Source: Somniosus microcephalus
Lineage: Eukaryota
Assembly: GCA_052327205.1 (NCBI GenBank)
Contig: CM126206.1
Coordinates: forward strand, 81,778,001-81,842,000
Length of the DNA stretch: 64,000 nucleotides
Reading direction: 5' to 3'
Part shown: positions 1 to 13,135 of the stretch, in pieces
Position numbering within the stretch: position 1 is the first letter of the stretch
Layout: every line of letters starts with the position of its first letter
Notes under the pieces: model-generated
What the model saw: the letters and a program-made list of their open reading frames with translations, nothing else
What the model was told of the DNA's origin: nothing
Databases searched by the model: none
Made by a program: the position numbers and the translations under genes

Positions 1-1232
1 CTGGTAAAATAGATAAGGGAGAACCAGTGGATGTGGTGTTTTTGGATTTTCAAAAGGCTTTCGATAAGGTCCCGCATAAGAGATTAGCGTGTAAAATTAA
101 GGCACATGGGATTGGGGGCAAGGTATTGACTTAGATAGAGAACTGGTTGGCAGACAGAAAGCAAAGAGTTGGAATAAACGGCTCTTTTTCCGAGTGGCAG
201 GCAGTGACTAGTGGGGTACCGCAGGGATCAGTGCTTGGACCCCAGCTGTTCACAATATATATTAATGATCTAGACGAGGGAACTAGATGTAATATTTCCA
301 AGTTTGCAGATGACACAAAGCTGGGTGGGCGTGTGTGCTGTGAGGAGGATGCCGAGAAACTCCAGTATGATTTGGACAGGTTGGGTGATTTGCATCTGCC
401 ATGCTTCTGCCCATATAACGTGGATAAATCCGAGGTTATCCACTTTGGTGTCAAAAACAGGAAGGCAGATTATAATCTAAATGGCAATAGATTGCGAGAA
501 GGGGAAGTGCAACGAGACCTGGGCATTCTTGTGCACCAGTCGCTGAAAGTAAGCATGCAGGTGCAGCAGGCAGTTAAGAAGGCAAATGGTATGTTGGCCT
601 TCGTAACGAGAGGGTTTGACTACAGGAACAAGGATGTCTTGCTGCAGTTGTACAGGGCCTTGGTGAGACTACATCTTGAGTATTGTGTGCAGTTTTGATC
701 GCCTTATCTGAGGAAGGATGTTCTTGCCATGGAAGGAGTTCAGCGAAGATTCACCAGGCTGATACCTGGGATGGCAGAAATGACATTTGAGGAGAGATTG
801 GGTCGATTGAGCTTGTACTCACGGGAGTTTAGAAGAATGAGAGGGGATTTCATCGAAACTTATAAAATTCTGACAGGACTGGACAGACTAGATGCAGGAA
901 GGATGTTCCCGATGGTCGGGGAGTCCAGAACCAGGGGTCACTGTCTAAGGATAAGGGGTAGGCCATTTAGGACAGAAATGAGGAGGAATTTCTTCACCCA
1001 GAGAGTGGTGAATCTGTGGAATTGTTTACCACAGAAGGCAGTAGAGGCCAATACATTAAATATATTGAAGAAGGAGTTGGATATATTTCTTAAGGCTAAA
1101 GGGATCAAGGGGTATGGGGAGAAAGCAGGGACCATGCACTGAATTTGGATGATCAGCCATGATCGCATTGAATGGCGGAGCAGGCACGAGGGGCCGAATG
1201 GCCTACTCCTGCTCCTATCTTCTATGTTTCTA
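1..1232 (+). mobile_element. CR1 LINE, 3' portion (RT C-terminal half plus 3' tail), degenerate; runs off the window start
   Basis: ORFs 147-698 and 729-1142 carry CR1 RT motifs (GVPQGSVLGP, KFADDTKL, FFTQRVVNLWN). A stop at 696-698 interrupts them. CR1 tail ...CCTATCTTCTATGTTTCTA ends near 1232. Confidence 0.93.
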
Positions 1233-2905
1233 TTCCGCCCCTCGAGCCTGTTCCACCATTTAATGAGATCATGGCTGATCATCCAAATTCAGTACCCTGT
1301 CCCTGCTTTCTCCCCATATCCCTTGATCCCTTTAGCCTTAAGAAATATACCTAACACCTTCTTGAATATATTTAATGAATTGGCCTCAACTGCCTTCTGT
1401 GGTAGAGAATTCCACAGGTTCACCACTCTCTGGGTGAAGAAATTCCTCCTCATCTCTGTCCTAAATGGCTTACCCCTTATCTTTAGACTGTGACCCCTGG
1501 TTCTGGACTCCCCTGCCATCGGGAACATCCTTCCTGCATCTAGTCTGTCTCGTCCTGTTAGAATTTTATAAGTTTCAATGAGATCCCCTCTCATTCTTCT
1601 AAACTCCAGCGAATATAAGCCCAAACGACCCAATCTCTCCTCATACGTCATTCCTGCCATCCCAGGTATCAGTCTGGTGAATCTTCGCTGCACTCCCTCC
1701 ATGGCAAGAACATCCTTCCTCAGATAAGGTGACCAAAACTGCACACAATACTCAAGGTGTGGTCTCACCAAGGCCCTGTACAACTGCAGCAAGACATCCT
1801 CTCGCTATGAAGGCCAACATATCATTTGCCTTCTTAACCGCCTGCTGCACCTGCATGCTTACCTTCAGCGACTGGCGCACAAGGACACCCAGGTCTCGTT
1901 GCACTTCCCCTTCTCCCAATCTATTGCCGTTCAGATAATAATCTGCCTTCCTGTTTTTGCCACCAAAGTGGATAACCTCGCATTTATCCACATTATACTG
2001 CATCTGCCATGCTTCTGCCCAATCACCCAACCTGTCCAAATCAAAGTGGAGTTTCTCGGCATCCTCCTCATAGCACACACGCCCACCCAGCTTTGTGTCC
2101 TCTGCAAACTTGGAGATATTACATCTAGTTCCCTCGTCTAGATCATTAATATATATTGTGAATAGCTGGGGTCCAAGCACTGATCCCTGCAGTACCCCAC
2201 TAGTCACTACCTGCCACTCGGAGAAAGACCCGTTTATTCCAACTCTTTGCTTCCTGTCTGCCAACCAATTCTCTATCCAGGTCAGTACCTTATCCCCAAT
2301 CCCATGTGCTTTAACTTTACACGCTAATCTCTTATGCGGGACCTTATCGAAAGCCTTCTGAAAGTCCAAATACACCACATCTACTGGTTCTCCCTTATCT
2401 ATTCTATCAGTTACATCCTCAAAAAATTCCAGTAGATTAGTCAAGCACGATTTACCTTTTGTAAATCCATGTTGACTTTGTCCGATCCTGTCACTGTTTT
2501 CCAAGTGCTCTGCTATTACATCTTTTATAATGGACTCTAGCATTTTCCCCACTATCGATATCAGGCTTACCGGTCTATAATTCCCTGTTTTCGCTCTACC
2601 ACCTTTTTTGAATAGTGGGGTTACATTAGTTACCCTCCAATCCATGGGAACTGTTCCAGAGTCTATAGAATTTTGGAAGATGACCAGCAATGCTTCTACT
2701 ATTTCTAGGGCCACTTCCTTAAGTACCCTAGAATGTAGATTATCAGGCCCTGGGGATTTATCGGCCTTCAATCCCGTTAATTTCCCTAACACCATTTCCC
2801 TACAAATACTGATTTCATTCAGTTCCTCCCTCTCATTAGACCCTATGTTCCCCGACATCTCTGGGAGGTTATTTGTGTCCTCCTTTGTGAAGACAGTACC
2901 AAAGT
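1233..2905 (-). mobile_element. CR1 LINE, 5'-truncated, tail-to-tail with the previous copy
   Basis: ORFs 1752-2858 and 1289-1792 encode RT (KSPGPD, NYRPVSL, YLDFQKAFDKV, QGSVLGP). They are split by a frameshifting deletion near 1800 between ATCCT direct repeats. The last ~30 nt of the tail are missing. Confidence 0.93.
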
Positions 2906-3245
2906 ATCAAGAATAGCATCAGTGTTGTAGTAGTTTGGAGATGCAATGCACTGAAGCATGGACCTTCTACACCGAGGAGCAGGAGTATGTGTCTTCATGA
3001 TTATAATTCCTGAGCTGGTGAGAAGCTGTCTCTGCCATATGGGACCACGAGCTACTGAGACTGATCAGAGATGCAGGCTGTGAAACCAACACAGCAAACG
3101 GCTGTTTCATGAACATCTTTCTTGTGTGCATATCATATACTGCTATTCGAGGATGACCACTGTGTGACACTCCTGTTTCCTTTCTGTATTGCCCTACCTA
3201 TCCCATAATAACCTGCACCCTCATGTTGTTGTGCAATAGGCTAAT

Positions 3246-4522
3246 GATGATTGGATCGGTGCAGTTTCCTGCTCTCGCCTTGAACTAGAAAATTTCATTC
3301 ACTTTGCTTCCGATTTCCACCCTTCCCTCACCTTCACATGGTCCATCTCCGACTCTTCCCTTCCCTTCCTCGACTTCTGTCTCTATTTCTACGCTATTGA
3401 CAAACATCCACTAACTCCCACAGCTACCTGGACTACACTTCCTCCCACCCCGCTTCCTGTAAGGACTATATTCCATTCTCCCAGTTTCTCCGTCTCCATC
3501 ACATCTGCTCTGAGGATGCCACCTTCCATACTAGTGTTTCCGATTTGTCTTCCTTTTTCCTCAACTGAGGATTCCCCTCTACCATGGTTGACATGGCCCT
3601 CGACCATGTCTGTTCCATTTCCTGCACTGCTGCTCTCACCCTTGCCCCTCCCTCCCAGAACCACGATAGGGTTCCCCTTGTCCTCACCTTTCACCCCAAC
3701 AGCCTCCACATTCAACGGCTCATCCTTCCCGTGCAAACGCAGGAGATGCAACACCTGCCCTTTTACCTCTTCCCTTCCCACTGTCCAGGGCCCCAAACAC
3801 TCCTTCCAGGTGAAACAGCGATTTACTTGTACTTCTTGCAATTTAGTATACTGTATTCGCTGCTCACGATGCGGTCTCCTCTACATTGGGGCGTCCAAAT
3901 GCAGATTGGGTGACCGCTTTGCAGAACACCTCCGCTCAGTCCGTAAGGGTGACCCTGAGCTTCCGGTCGCCTGTCACTTTAATTCTCCACTCCACTCCCA
4001 CTCTGGCCTCTCTGTCCTTGGCTCATTCTGTTCCAACAAAGCTCAACGTAAGCTCGAGGAACAGCACCTCATCTTTCGATTAAGCACTTGACAGCCTTCT
4101 GGACTTAACATCAAGTTCAACAATTTCAGACCATAACCTCTGCCCCTATTTTTTCACATGGCAGCTATTGATGATTCTGCCATTTCAATTTACACCTCTT
4201 CTAGACCCATCTTTTATTTAGTTACCTGTCCCATTACCACCTCCTTTTACTTTGTACAATCATCCTTTTTGTCATTTAATCACTCCTGCCTTCCACCCTA
4301 TCACAGACCTTCCCTTTTGTTCTTTCCTCCCCTCCCCCCTTTTGCTGCCCCTACACTTGCTTAAAACCTGTTACATCTCTAATCTTTTCCAGTGCTGACG
4401 AAAGGTCATCAACCTGAAACATTAACTCTGTTTCTCCAGAGATGCTGCCTGACCTGCTGAGAAAAACAGAAAATTCTGGAAATAATTTCAGATTTCCAGC
4501 ATCCGCAGAATTTTGCTTTTGT
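3246..4522 (+). mobile_element. Penelope-like retroelement, 5'-truncated (RT C-terminus, GIY-YIG endonuclease, 3' terminal segment)
   Basis: Starts at the RT DD motif (DDWIGAVSCSRLELENFIHF...LPFLD). ORF 3516-4091 has CKRRRCNTC and NLVYCIRCSRCGLLYIG...RFAEH...PVACHF, typical of the Penelope GIY-YIG domain. Flanked by an imperfect TSD, A(A/G)TAGGCTAAT (3235-3245 / 4523-4533). Confidence 0.88.
4391..4427 (+). ncRNA. Minimal type I hammerhead ribozyme motif (degenerate) in Penelope terminus
   Basis: CTGACGA at 4395, stem II AGGTC/AACCT, GAAA at 4416, then CATT-AACT. Confidence 0.65.
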
Positions 4523-7500
4523 AGTAGGCTAATTAACAGAACTGACTTGAAAGTAAAAGATACTAAGAAGTATCAAAAGAGTCAGAATATATCAATTATA
4601 TGGGATCCTGGTCCAAGAAGCACAATGGGCTATTTGCAATAAAAAGGCTTTTAGAGACAAAAACATATCCTCATGCGTTAAATCATAACTGCACAGAGTA
4701 CTGCAAGCTCAGTGGGTAAATGCACTGAGTGCAGTAGTACTCAGAAAAACAGACGAGGAAGGCGCCACCTTCAATGCCTGGTCTGTTGTGTATTAGCTAA
4801 TATCAACCAGGGTACTTTAACAAAAGCAGCATTACAAAACATCAAGAAAGTAATCTCACATCACTGACTTTGCACCAGTTTAAAAATATGACTGCAACCA
4901 ACGTGAAGCAAACATATTAAAGTTTAAAAAGTTCGCAGGAGGTGTAATGCTGGTAAAGAGCCAATGTTCATGCCAATTCTCTGCTAACATTAAAAATATC
5001 ACTAACAATTGGACACTGGTGCGCAGAGCTTCATCTTCCTTGACCACAGATGATGTAGAACCAGCAGTCTAACTCAGTGCTGCCTTCTCACATGGCTGTA
5101 AAGCATGTCTCAGTTTCAGACTGGTACCTGCAGTATAACTGGAGCTGCGTGGGATAAACAGCCTGGGTTCATGCTGCTGTTCACTGTCCAGTGACCCCCT
5201 GCTGAAAGTTTGTGTATGTGAACATTGCATAGGGACAGTATCATGCTTTGGTGGGATTGCTCCATGATCTAATAGCTTGCCAACACTCAATGTATAATCT
5301 CAGATGTGAAAAGAATGACCACTTGAATGAGCTACTGAAGAGGAGCTGCTACTACTTGTTGAACCATCTTGGGGAGGGGAGGAGGGCTAGTGGGGAGGGA
5401 GAGGAGTTTAAGTGTAAAATGGTTGTATCCATTATTCTAATGAAGTGATGTCCTTTTCTTTTAGTCTGCCAAGGATACATAACTATCACCAAACGCATAT
5501 GTACAACCTATTCTCCAACAGTTACAACATAATTGGCTGAGAACCACAATGACATACAAGGGGTGTGGAGTTCACCCATGGGAGTGCATATTGGGAATTC
5601 AAGTGTGCACGCCCCACGGTTTTCCATCCATTCATTTTAATTACTGCTACAGAAAGCAGCATCATTTGCAAGCATCCATTCAGCAGCCATCTCTTCCTCA
5701 CTATAACTCCCAGAAGAACTAATTTTCCCTACATTTTCAGTAATAGATACCAAGGGTTTTTGCCTAAACTTGCCACACTCCAGACTTTCTCCACTGTACA
5801 GCACAATGAAGCCTGAATGAACTGGTTAATACCGCATTATACAAGTTACTGCTGCATAGAAACATTCAGCAATTTAAGAAAACTAATTAGTTAAACCTGG
5901 ATTCTTTCATCTCTGAAAAGGATATTAGTTACAATCTAATATCATTTCACATTCAGGTCATCCACTTTCCGCTTACAGTAACACTCTGGAGTACATGCTT
6001 CCTCACATTTTGGTTTGCTTAATGCTATCTCCAGGGATATAAAGAACGCTTGAACACAGGTTGAACTTTCAGGAAGGTAGCTCTGAAGAGCGTTGCTCTA
6101 AGTAGCTAACACCTTCAGAATACAAATGAACTGTGGCCTGATATAATATGGAATGGAAAATAATGTCTGAGCTACAAGCTGCAATTTATTCTGGGTTTGA
6201 ATTCTATATCAGATTAACGGTAGGGCAATCTTCAATCTTATTGCTTCACACTACAGTAATATAAAAACAGTTCCCCACCCCCATCAAATGGGGTTCGATA
6301 TCAGTAAGGTGCTGAGGTGTATTATTTCTTCTCTGTGCTAAGATTAATTGAAAGGTCAATGTGAGTAAAGGGCTGAGGCAAGTACAAGAAAACAATTAAA
6401 AACCTTTCTTCCATTATTGACCAATGATTCCATTTTTGCTCCCATGCTTATAAGCCTTAACCATGAAATCTTAGTTGCTTTATCGGATTAGTCAACCATA
6501 ACTATCCTACTCAGTTTGGTGCACATTTGGAAAAAAGAAGCTACCTTTACAGCACATTTAAGGAATGAGAACTACAGTAGATTGCAAGTGACGTTTTATT
6601 TAGTGAATTACATTGCTTGTTATATTAGGAGTGTGTTTAATGCAGTTTATATAATCTTACAGTTCAGGAAGGGTGAACATCCATCTAGTTTTTGTACAGT
6701 GCCCCATTTGATTTGTGCACTTATTTTTCTTCATGTGCACGATTATTATGTGCTCCCCCAGTTGAGGGTGCAGCAACGGGAAGCTGAGAGTGGAGCTAAC
6801 TGTTTAGCTGTCAGAGATTCCAAAGATTGGTCACCTGCATGTGCATCTAACTATAATGTATCTGCTACAGTGTCATGTGTACTAGTCACAGGGGCTCAAT
6901 ACTTTGAGGTGCTATCCACAGTCACTTGTGTAGGGCACAGAGCTGCTGCTGGCATCATTATCACCCCTGTGCTTCTCTAGGTGCGACACTGCTGCAGCCC
7001 ACCTCGGTCAGGCACAATGCTCTGTTTGTGCACGGAACCCAACTTTTGCAGTCTTTGAAAGTTCTTTTATTGGTTCTGCTCACGGTTGGTTCAAGGCAGC
7101 TGAAAGAAGCCTTTTCTGCTTCTTAGAATTTAGATTCCAAAGCATCTACTGTAGTAATGGGGACAGTCATCAGAAATGCTTTAACAGTATTTTCGGCCCA
7201 TGCTACAGATTGGCCATGGGTGCTACTCTCTGCTCAATTGTAGACTGCAGCACACATCCATTCTTCCAACCTTTGCAATGACTTGAGTATGGAGTCACAT
7301 ACCTGCTCAACACATTCCATATGTTTGGGCAGAGCCATGTTGGCTGCTTAGCACCTCTTTGGTTACAACTTCATCATCTGTGATGTGTGCTTTCTCATTC
7401 ATATCACTAAATAATGACCATCTGATGACTTTCTCAGGCTACTGCATAGTGACAGTGTAAGTGATGATGCAAGATGGTCTGGTGAATAGTGCTGTTTAAT

Positions 7501-8465
7501 GTCTTGCTGCAGATCACAACATTCACCACACATTGTGAAGAGAGCAAATAAGATCTGATCAGTATCTAAACATACTTACTAATTTTGCTGTCATTATTTT
7601 AATACATGACCTTTAAAACACTTGTGTACAGAACAATGTAATGCAACATCTGCTGTTCATCATTAAACTTATGTTTGATATGGTACACATCAGATTGGTC
7701 TGTCAGCACATCCAACACCAGGCCTTCAATAGCCTCCCTGATGTAAACTGCACAATTTGACTATTGTGTGCTGTTAAGAGTTTTAATATGCTCCATCACC
7801 TGCTCCCTGTTAGTTTGACATTAAGATATTACAGTAAGGTTCAAAGCTAGTAAGACTGATTTACCATAAGGCATGTCAATCGTTCACTCGTATGTGTGAC
7901 CATATTTATTAAGTACTTACATTTCAAGCTACATTTGTGAAGACAAAAATAAATCCCATGTTTGCACAGCCTATTTGCCTAGCAACATATCCAAGTATGT
8001 GAATGTTACAATGGGGCTTATAATATGGTGGGTGGTACCCAATGTATCTGCTCCTCAGAAAATAGGGGACAAACTCTTGGGGTGCTCCACATGCCCCAGT
8101 ACAAGTGGTGAACACAAAGGGTGCTGGGAGCATTCGCATTGGATCACTGGCCCCCAGCTTTTATGCAAATTAGACAACCACCCCATAATCTGGCTGCAGC
8201 GCCTGAGCAGTGCTCCAGGTGCAAGGTGCCTTCAAAAGGTACAAAAGAAAGACTGACATTAAAAGTGTAGCCTCAAAAATTCAGCTACCTCATGCCCAGA
8301 GTCCCAGCCAGAACCAAAGCTACTTTGACAAGTACCTCCTGCGCCCAATGCCCTCTTTCCCCCCAGCCTGTTTTTAGTGTCTCACCCCGCCACCCTCCCC
8401 TCACCCCATCCCGCCCCCCCACTCCCCACCATGCCGGGAAAGTATCTACATCTTGCTGACTTTCT

Positions 8466-10344
8466 GGCCCCGATTTTCGGCTTGTGTGGGAAATGGTCGG
8501 GTTTCCCCGAATGTGGGGTTTCTGACACACATAAAAAAGTGTCAGCCAGCTCCACGCAATTTTCCCTCAAGTGGCCAATTAATTCCCAGCATGTGGGAAG
8601 CCTTGCTAATTGTCCAATTCGAGTCAGAAATCCCCACAGTATGATGTCATCATTTGTGGTGCTTTCAAGGTCCATAGCAAGCACTGCATCATCTGAAGGC
8701 TTCCAAACGATCCATACAGGATGGCAGAGGAGCCTGCAGCAGCTGTGGCCAGTGCCAGACCCCGAGCTGCCTTCAAATTCGACGAGGCTTCACTGCAGGC
8801 ATTATTGGATGGGGTTAGGGCCCACAGGGAGGTCCTTTTCCCTAGGTCAGGGAGGAAGAGGCCTCCCACTGAGACCAATGCTGCATGGATGCAGGTGTCA
8901 GCAGGTGCCAACTCGCTGGGAGTCACCAGAAGAACCTTGGCATTACATCTCTAACTCCTTCCTTTACTCCCCCACAGTACCATCCAGAGCCCCCGTCCTC
9001 ACTGTGGAAGAGGAAGAGGCTGTGCAGCCAGACTCCTCAGAGGAAGCTCCAGCCTCTGAGGGCACAGCGTCAGCAGAAGTAAGCGCACCCAGCACCAGCG
9101 CAGACACTCACACCTCGGGGGGACCTTCGGGACATAGAGTAGTGTTGTCACCTGGTGTTTCATAGCTCACAAGTGAGCCTCAGCAGATTCTGGAGACAGG
9201 GACAGCAGTGGAGAGTCCTCGTCGGAGGGCGCAGGACTCTGCCAGCTCAGCTCAGCTGCGCCGCATGTCGACCCTCTGCCTCTGGGTCCATCCGCAAGAG
9301 AAGACGTGATGGATCTCCATGCACAGATGCAGGAGTCTCTGGCAGGTTTTGTCTCCAGGGTCACTGCGAGTGTGGAGCGAATGGAGGAGTCCATAACGAC
9401 CATGAGCAGAGCCTTTGTGGAGTCATTGGTGCATGAACGCATCACCATGGAAAGGTTGGCAACCTCCATGGAGGAGATAACTCGCCAGGGTACGGAAAAC
9501 ATGGTGAGTGCTCATAAGAGAATGACATCTCTTGAGGAGCGTTGGCCATCTGTTGAACAGAGAAACCAGATCTTCATGGAAGTCCTTCTGAGTAGGACTG
9601 CCAGTGCAGAAACGGGTCCCCATGGCCCCCTAAAGCACAGCAAGGTGCTCTCAAGCCACTTCCAACCGCTGGCCCCTTCTGGCCTGTGCAGCTTCAGGTG
9701 AGTGAGCAGCAGCCTGGTGCTCCTGTTGCTGATCCTGCTGTTCCTGGTTCTGCTGCTGCCGCCTCTGCTGCTGGAGATCCTCTAATGGCAAGAAGGGAAG
9801 GAAAAAAAAGTCCCATGCTTCTCGTAGATGCTTCCGCTGAGGAAGCACTGAATGAGGGTGGCGAGAGGGGCTTCCCAGGAGATCGCATTGGAGAAGTGTG
9901 TGAGGCTCCAACCTTCCACAGCTGTGCCTGAGCCTTGAAGAAGTAGCCCCAAACATGCAACAACAAGGTCCTTCAACATACAAGTGCTGTCCCTTTAAAT
10001 CGCAGCTTCTCCGATTGACCGGCAGCTGACAGCAAGCAAGCCGGCAAGCTTCACGCCAGGTTTCATCAGCAGGGTTCCCCGCAGGCATGTTTGATGTGGG
10101 GAAAGCCCCAAAGTCGCAACGGCCCCGGAAAATCTACTTCAACAAGGTAATTATTGGTCATTAGTGTGCCGACGACCAGTCCCGCCAGCGGTGGCCGGGA
10201 CTGAAGCGGGTCGCGGAGAAACGGCGGTCCAAAAGTCGGATGGAGCGGGGAATCAGGTGGGGGGGGTCCCGACCCACTTTTTCGGCGATTTTCGGCCCCC
10301 GGCCGCGTGAAAAGGCACCCGACGGCTGCCAGAAAATTGACCCC
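8466..10344 (+). mobile_element. Internally deleted non-autonomous PIF/Harbinger derivative, related to 35350-42243
   Basis: TCT TSD (8463-8465 / 10345-10347) and imperfect ends GGCCCCGATTTTC / GAAAATTGACCCC. Myb/SANT exon-1 remnant at 8721-8935 (FDEASLQALLDGVRAHREVLFP...W). 8935-9665 matches 36475-39900 once the CR1 insert is removed. 9668-9990 matches the transposase 5' region near 41583-41900. Confidence 0.82.
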
Positions 10345-12999
10345 TCTGTCTCAGTCACTGGTAGGTAGGTGTGTCTTTGCCTTTAAGTGTGGGTAAGAGG
10401 GTACTGGGAAGTGAGTCTCTGGAAAAGCCTGGCATTTCTCCACTGCTCCTCATATTATTCTAAAAAAGAAACATAAATAAAGTGGAATACCCATTGGGTT
10501 TCCCAATGATAGGCATATAAAAAAAATGGCAATGCCTGAACACTTGGCCCCCGACTAACTAAGTGGAAAGAGAACAGAAACAAGAAAGCCAAGAAAAAAG
10601 GTTGAGAAATAGGCTCAAAATGCTGCTTCCTATTTGGCTCTTTAAATGCAATTCTGCCAATGGCACACTCTGGCAGCCTTGGGTGGCCATTTTATATGGG
10701 CAAATAGATGACTGAGCACTATAACCATCATAAACACCGGGAAACTGCACAGACATCTAAATTACCTCATCAGGGCCTAATTTTAAGGTAATTAACTGCA
10801 AACTATTGTGCATTTCTGACCTGACCAGAAAATTAAATGGGATGCTAGATGGGTGAAAATCTGGCATCACGGACCTCAGCTCATTTTTCCAATCAGTTAT
10901 GCCCATTTTAAACTGAGCAATTGAGAGAAATTGATTGGCAAATCTATGCTAGTGTACTGGACTGGAGTGTGGTCTGTGGGTTTGGCACTACTTTGCGATA
11001 ACCTGCTTTCCACGTATGTAAATAAACGACTTTTGTTTTATCCAGCTATGTCCAGTACTCCATCTGAACTTGGTAACTGAAGCTTGAATGGATTAGAGAA
11101 GTGCAAGGCCAAGGACACCCATTACATAATCACAGCCTTTAAGTGACTCCATTATGTTTCGTAAACAGAGTACCCTGGAATCGGTCCAGGGACTAACGGA
11201 AACAAGGTTTACTAAAATGATCAATAATTTTGTACTGTAAAACTAAGTTGATTGTTCCAGTATCAAAATAGTGGCAGTTAATGTTGGACTGAGTAAGCAT
11301 TATTTAGAATTAGATTTAATTCACGTTGAGAACTTGCACATTCCCATTTCTGCTTGGAAGACTTGGTTATTATGCCTGAAAAGTGCCACTTCAAAATCAT
11401 ATGTAGCCTCAAATCTCCACTGCAACCTTTTTTTGTCCTTCTCTATTTCAGCAACAATACTTTGGTCAGTGTTCATTTGAACTCACCTCTCATGTTCCCC
11501 CTAAGCAGCATATACGCTGTCCTGCACACTAGGGCAGATTTTGAATCCTTGCCCACCACTAGGGGGCATTATGGACACTCTGCCCACAATTTTTCAATAC
11601 GCATGTGGGCGCACAAGTATCTCACTGCAGGCGAGGACTCATACCTGCATCCTCTCTACGTTGAAGACTCATGGCGTAATCTCCTACTCTAACTTCTTCT
11701 TTCCCAGGATCTCAAAATTGTGACATTCCTTATTGTTCTCAGTCCTTTTTTGTCCTACAACCTTTAGATGTTTAAAACCCAATCTTAGCATTGTTTAGTC
11801 ACTGCTTCTCTAGTTACCTTGTCTTCTCTTCTAAGCTTGTCAAGCTTGGTGATGTCCAGCACTATGGACCTTGATCTTCACTTCAGTTTCATGATTTTAA
11901 AAAAATCCTTAGCAGACAACCACAATAGATACTTTGTTAAAGGTTTCAAACGCATTTATGAACATCGAGGGATGATACATCATGTGACTGTAAAACATCT
12001 TGCTGCATAATCAACTTAAAAGCTCACGAAATTTGCTGCAGTCACCTGCCTAACATATTTAAGCACACATGAAAAATTTCAGGTCGTGGGGGAGGGTTTC
12101 CAGTTATGACTCCTGAATGTCAAAAGGGCTGTAGCAGACCTATTAATGCACGATATATAAACAGATTAAGAAATCTGCATCTGCTTGCCACAGGATCAAA
12201 TATACCCATACACTGCAGTTTATAGCCATATGAATTTATTTTAGACAGCAACTACAGGTCCATAATTTCATCAACTAGCCATAATGAGAGATAGCTATTT
12301 CCATATTAATTTAATTTACATTTTTTTTCAATTTTTGGTGCTATTTTTCCCATGAATATAAGAATGCTAAGACTATTTGTACTGTAACAAATAGCATTTG
12401 AGCCTATTTGTGTAACATCAAAAAAACTAATACATTTGAGCCTGGTATGAGGGTATAACATACATTTGGATTTTTTCCCCACTCACTAATTTAGGACGTC
12501 TGGTGTCGCAGCAGGAACATGCTGGCAGTCACGTGACTGAGCTGCCACAACAAGGGCTTCACCCAGGCTATTTTTAAGGATGTTAATTTTTAATCATTTT
12601 ATGTGCAGAAGACTAATTAATACAAGGCACGGTAGTACTTCTTTTTACAAGTCAGATTGGGATAGGAGCAATGTTGATTTTTCTGAAAACACAGAGCGGA
12701 AGAACCACTTGTGTGCTTCTTTCACCCTTGCCTCCAAATCTTAGTTAGAAAATGGAAATAACAGCAATGGAAACGTATCCCTTCTGCATAATATTGTGGC
12801 TGTCAACTGACGTCCCTATTGTGGAGGGCTTGGGATGGGAAGCGTTCTTTTGCACACAGACACAAGTCACAACAGCTAACTTTCCACCAAATGTAAAATC
12901 ATGATTCTATATTTAGACACAGCCACAGATATTGGGCATCACTTTCCATTTGGCACAGCGATGTACAAAACAATGTTAATCCAACGTTGCCATTATCCC

Positions 13000-13036
13000 A
13001 GTTCTGACGAAGGGTCATCGACCTGAAACATTAACT
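13000..13036 (+). ncRNA. Minimal type I hammerhead ribozyme motif
   Basis: Stem I AGTT/AACT, core CTGACGA (13004-13010), stem II GGTC/GACC, GAAA (13025-13028). Stem III is ACAT here against an inferred consensus ACGT. Confidence 0.7.
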
Positions 13037-13135
13037 CTGTCTGTCTCTCCACAGATGCTACCTGACCTGCTGAGTATTTCCAGCATTTTCTGTTTTTATT
13101 TCAGATTGCCAGCATCCGCAGTATTTTGTTTTTGT
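13000..13135 (+). mobile_element. 136-bp Penelope terminal fragment beginning at the hammerhead motif
   Basis: Perfect 14-bp TSD GTTGCCATTATCCC (12986-12999 / 13136-13149). Sequence matches the 3' ends of the other Penelope copies. Confidence 0.88.

Noticed and set aside
6516-7700. ORFs 6516-6980 and 6926-7126 as genes or an old hAT transposase
   Set aside because: No recognisable motifs or splice structure. It may be a very old transposon relic, but this cannot be supported by eye.
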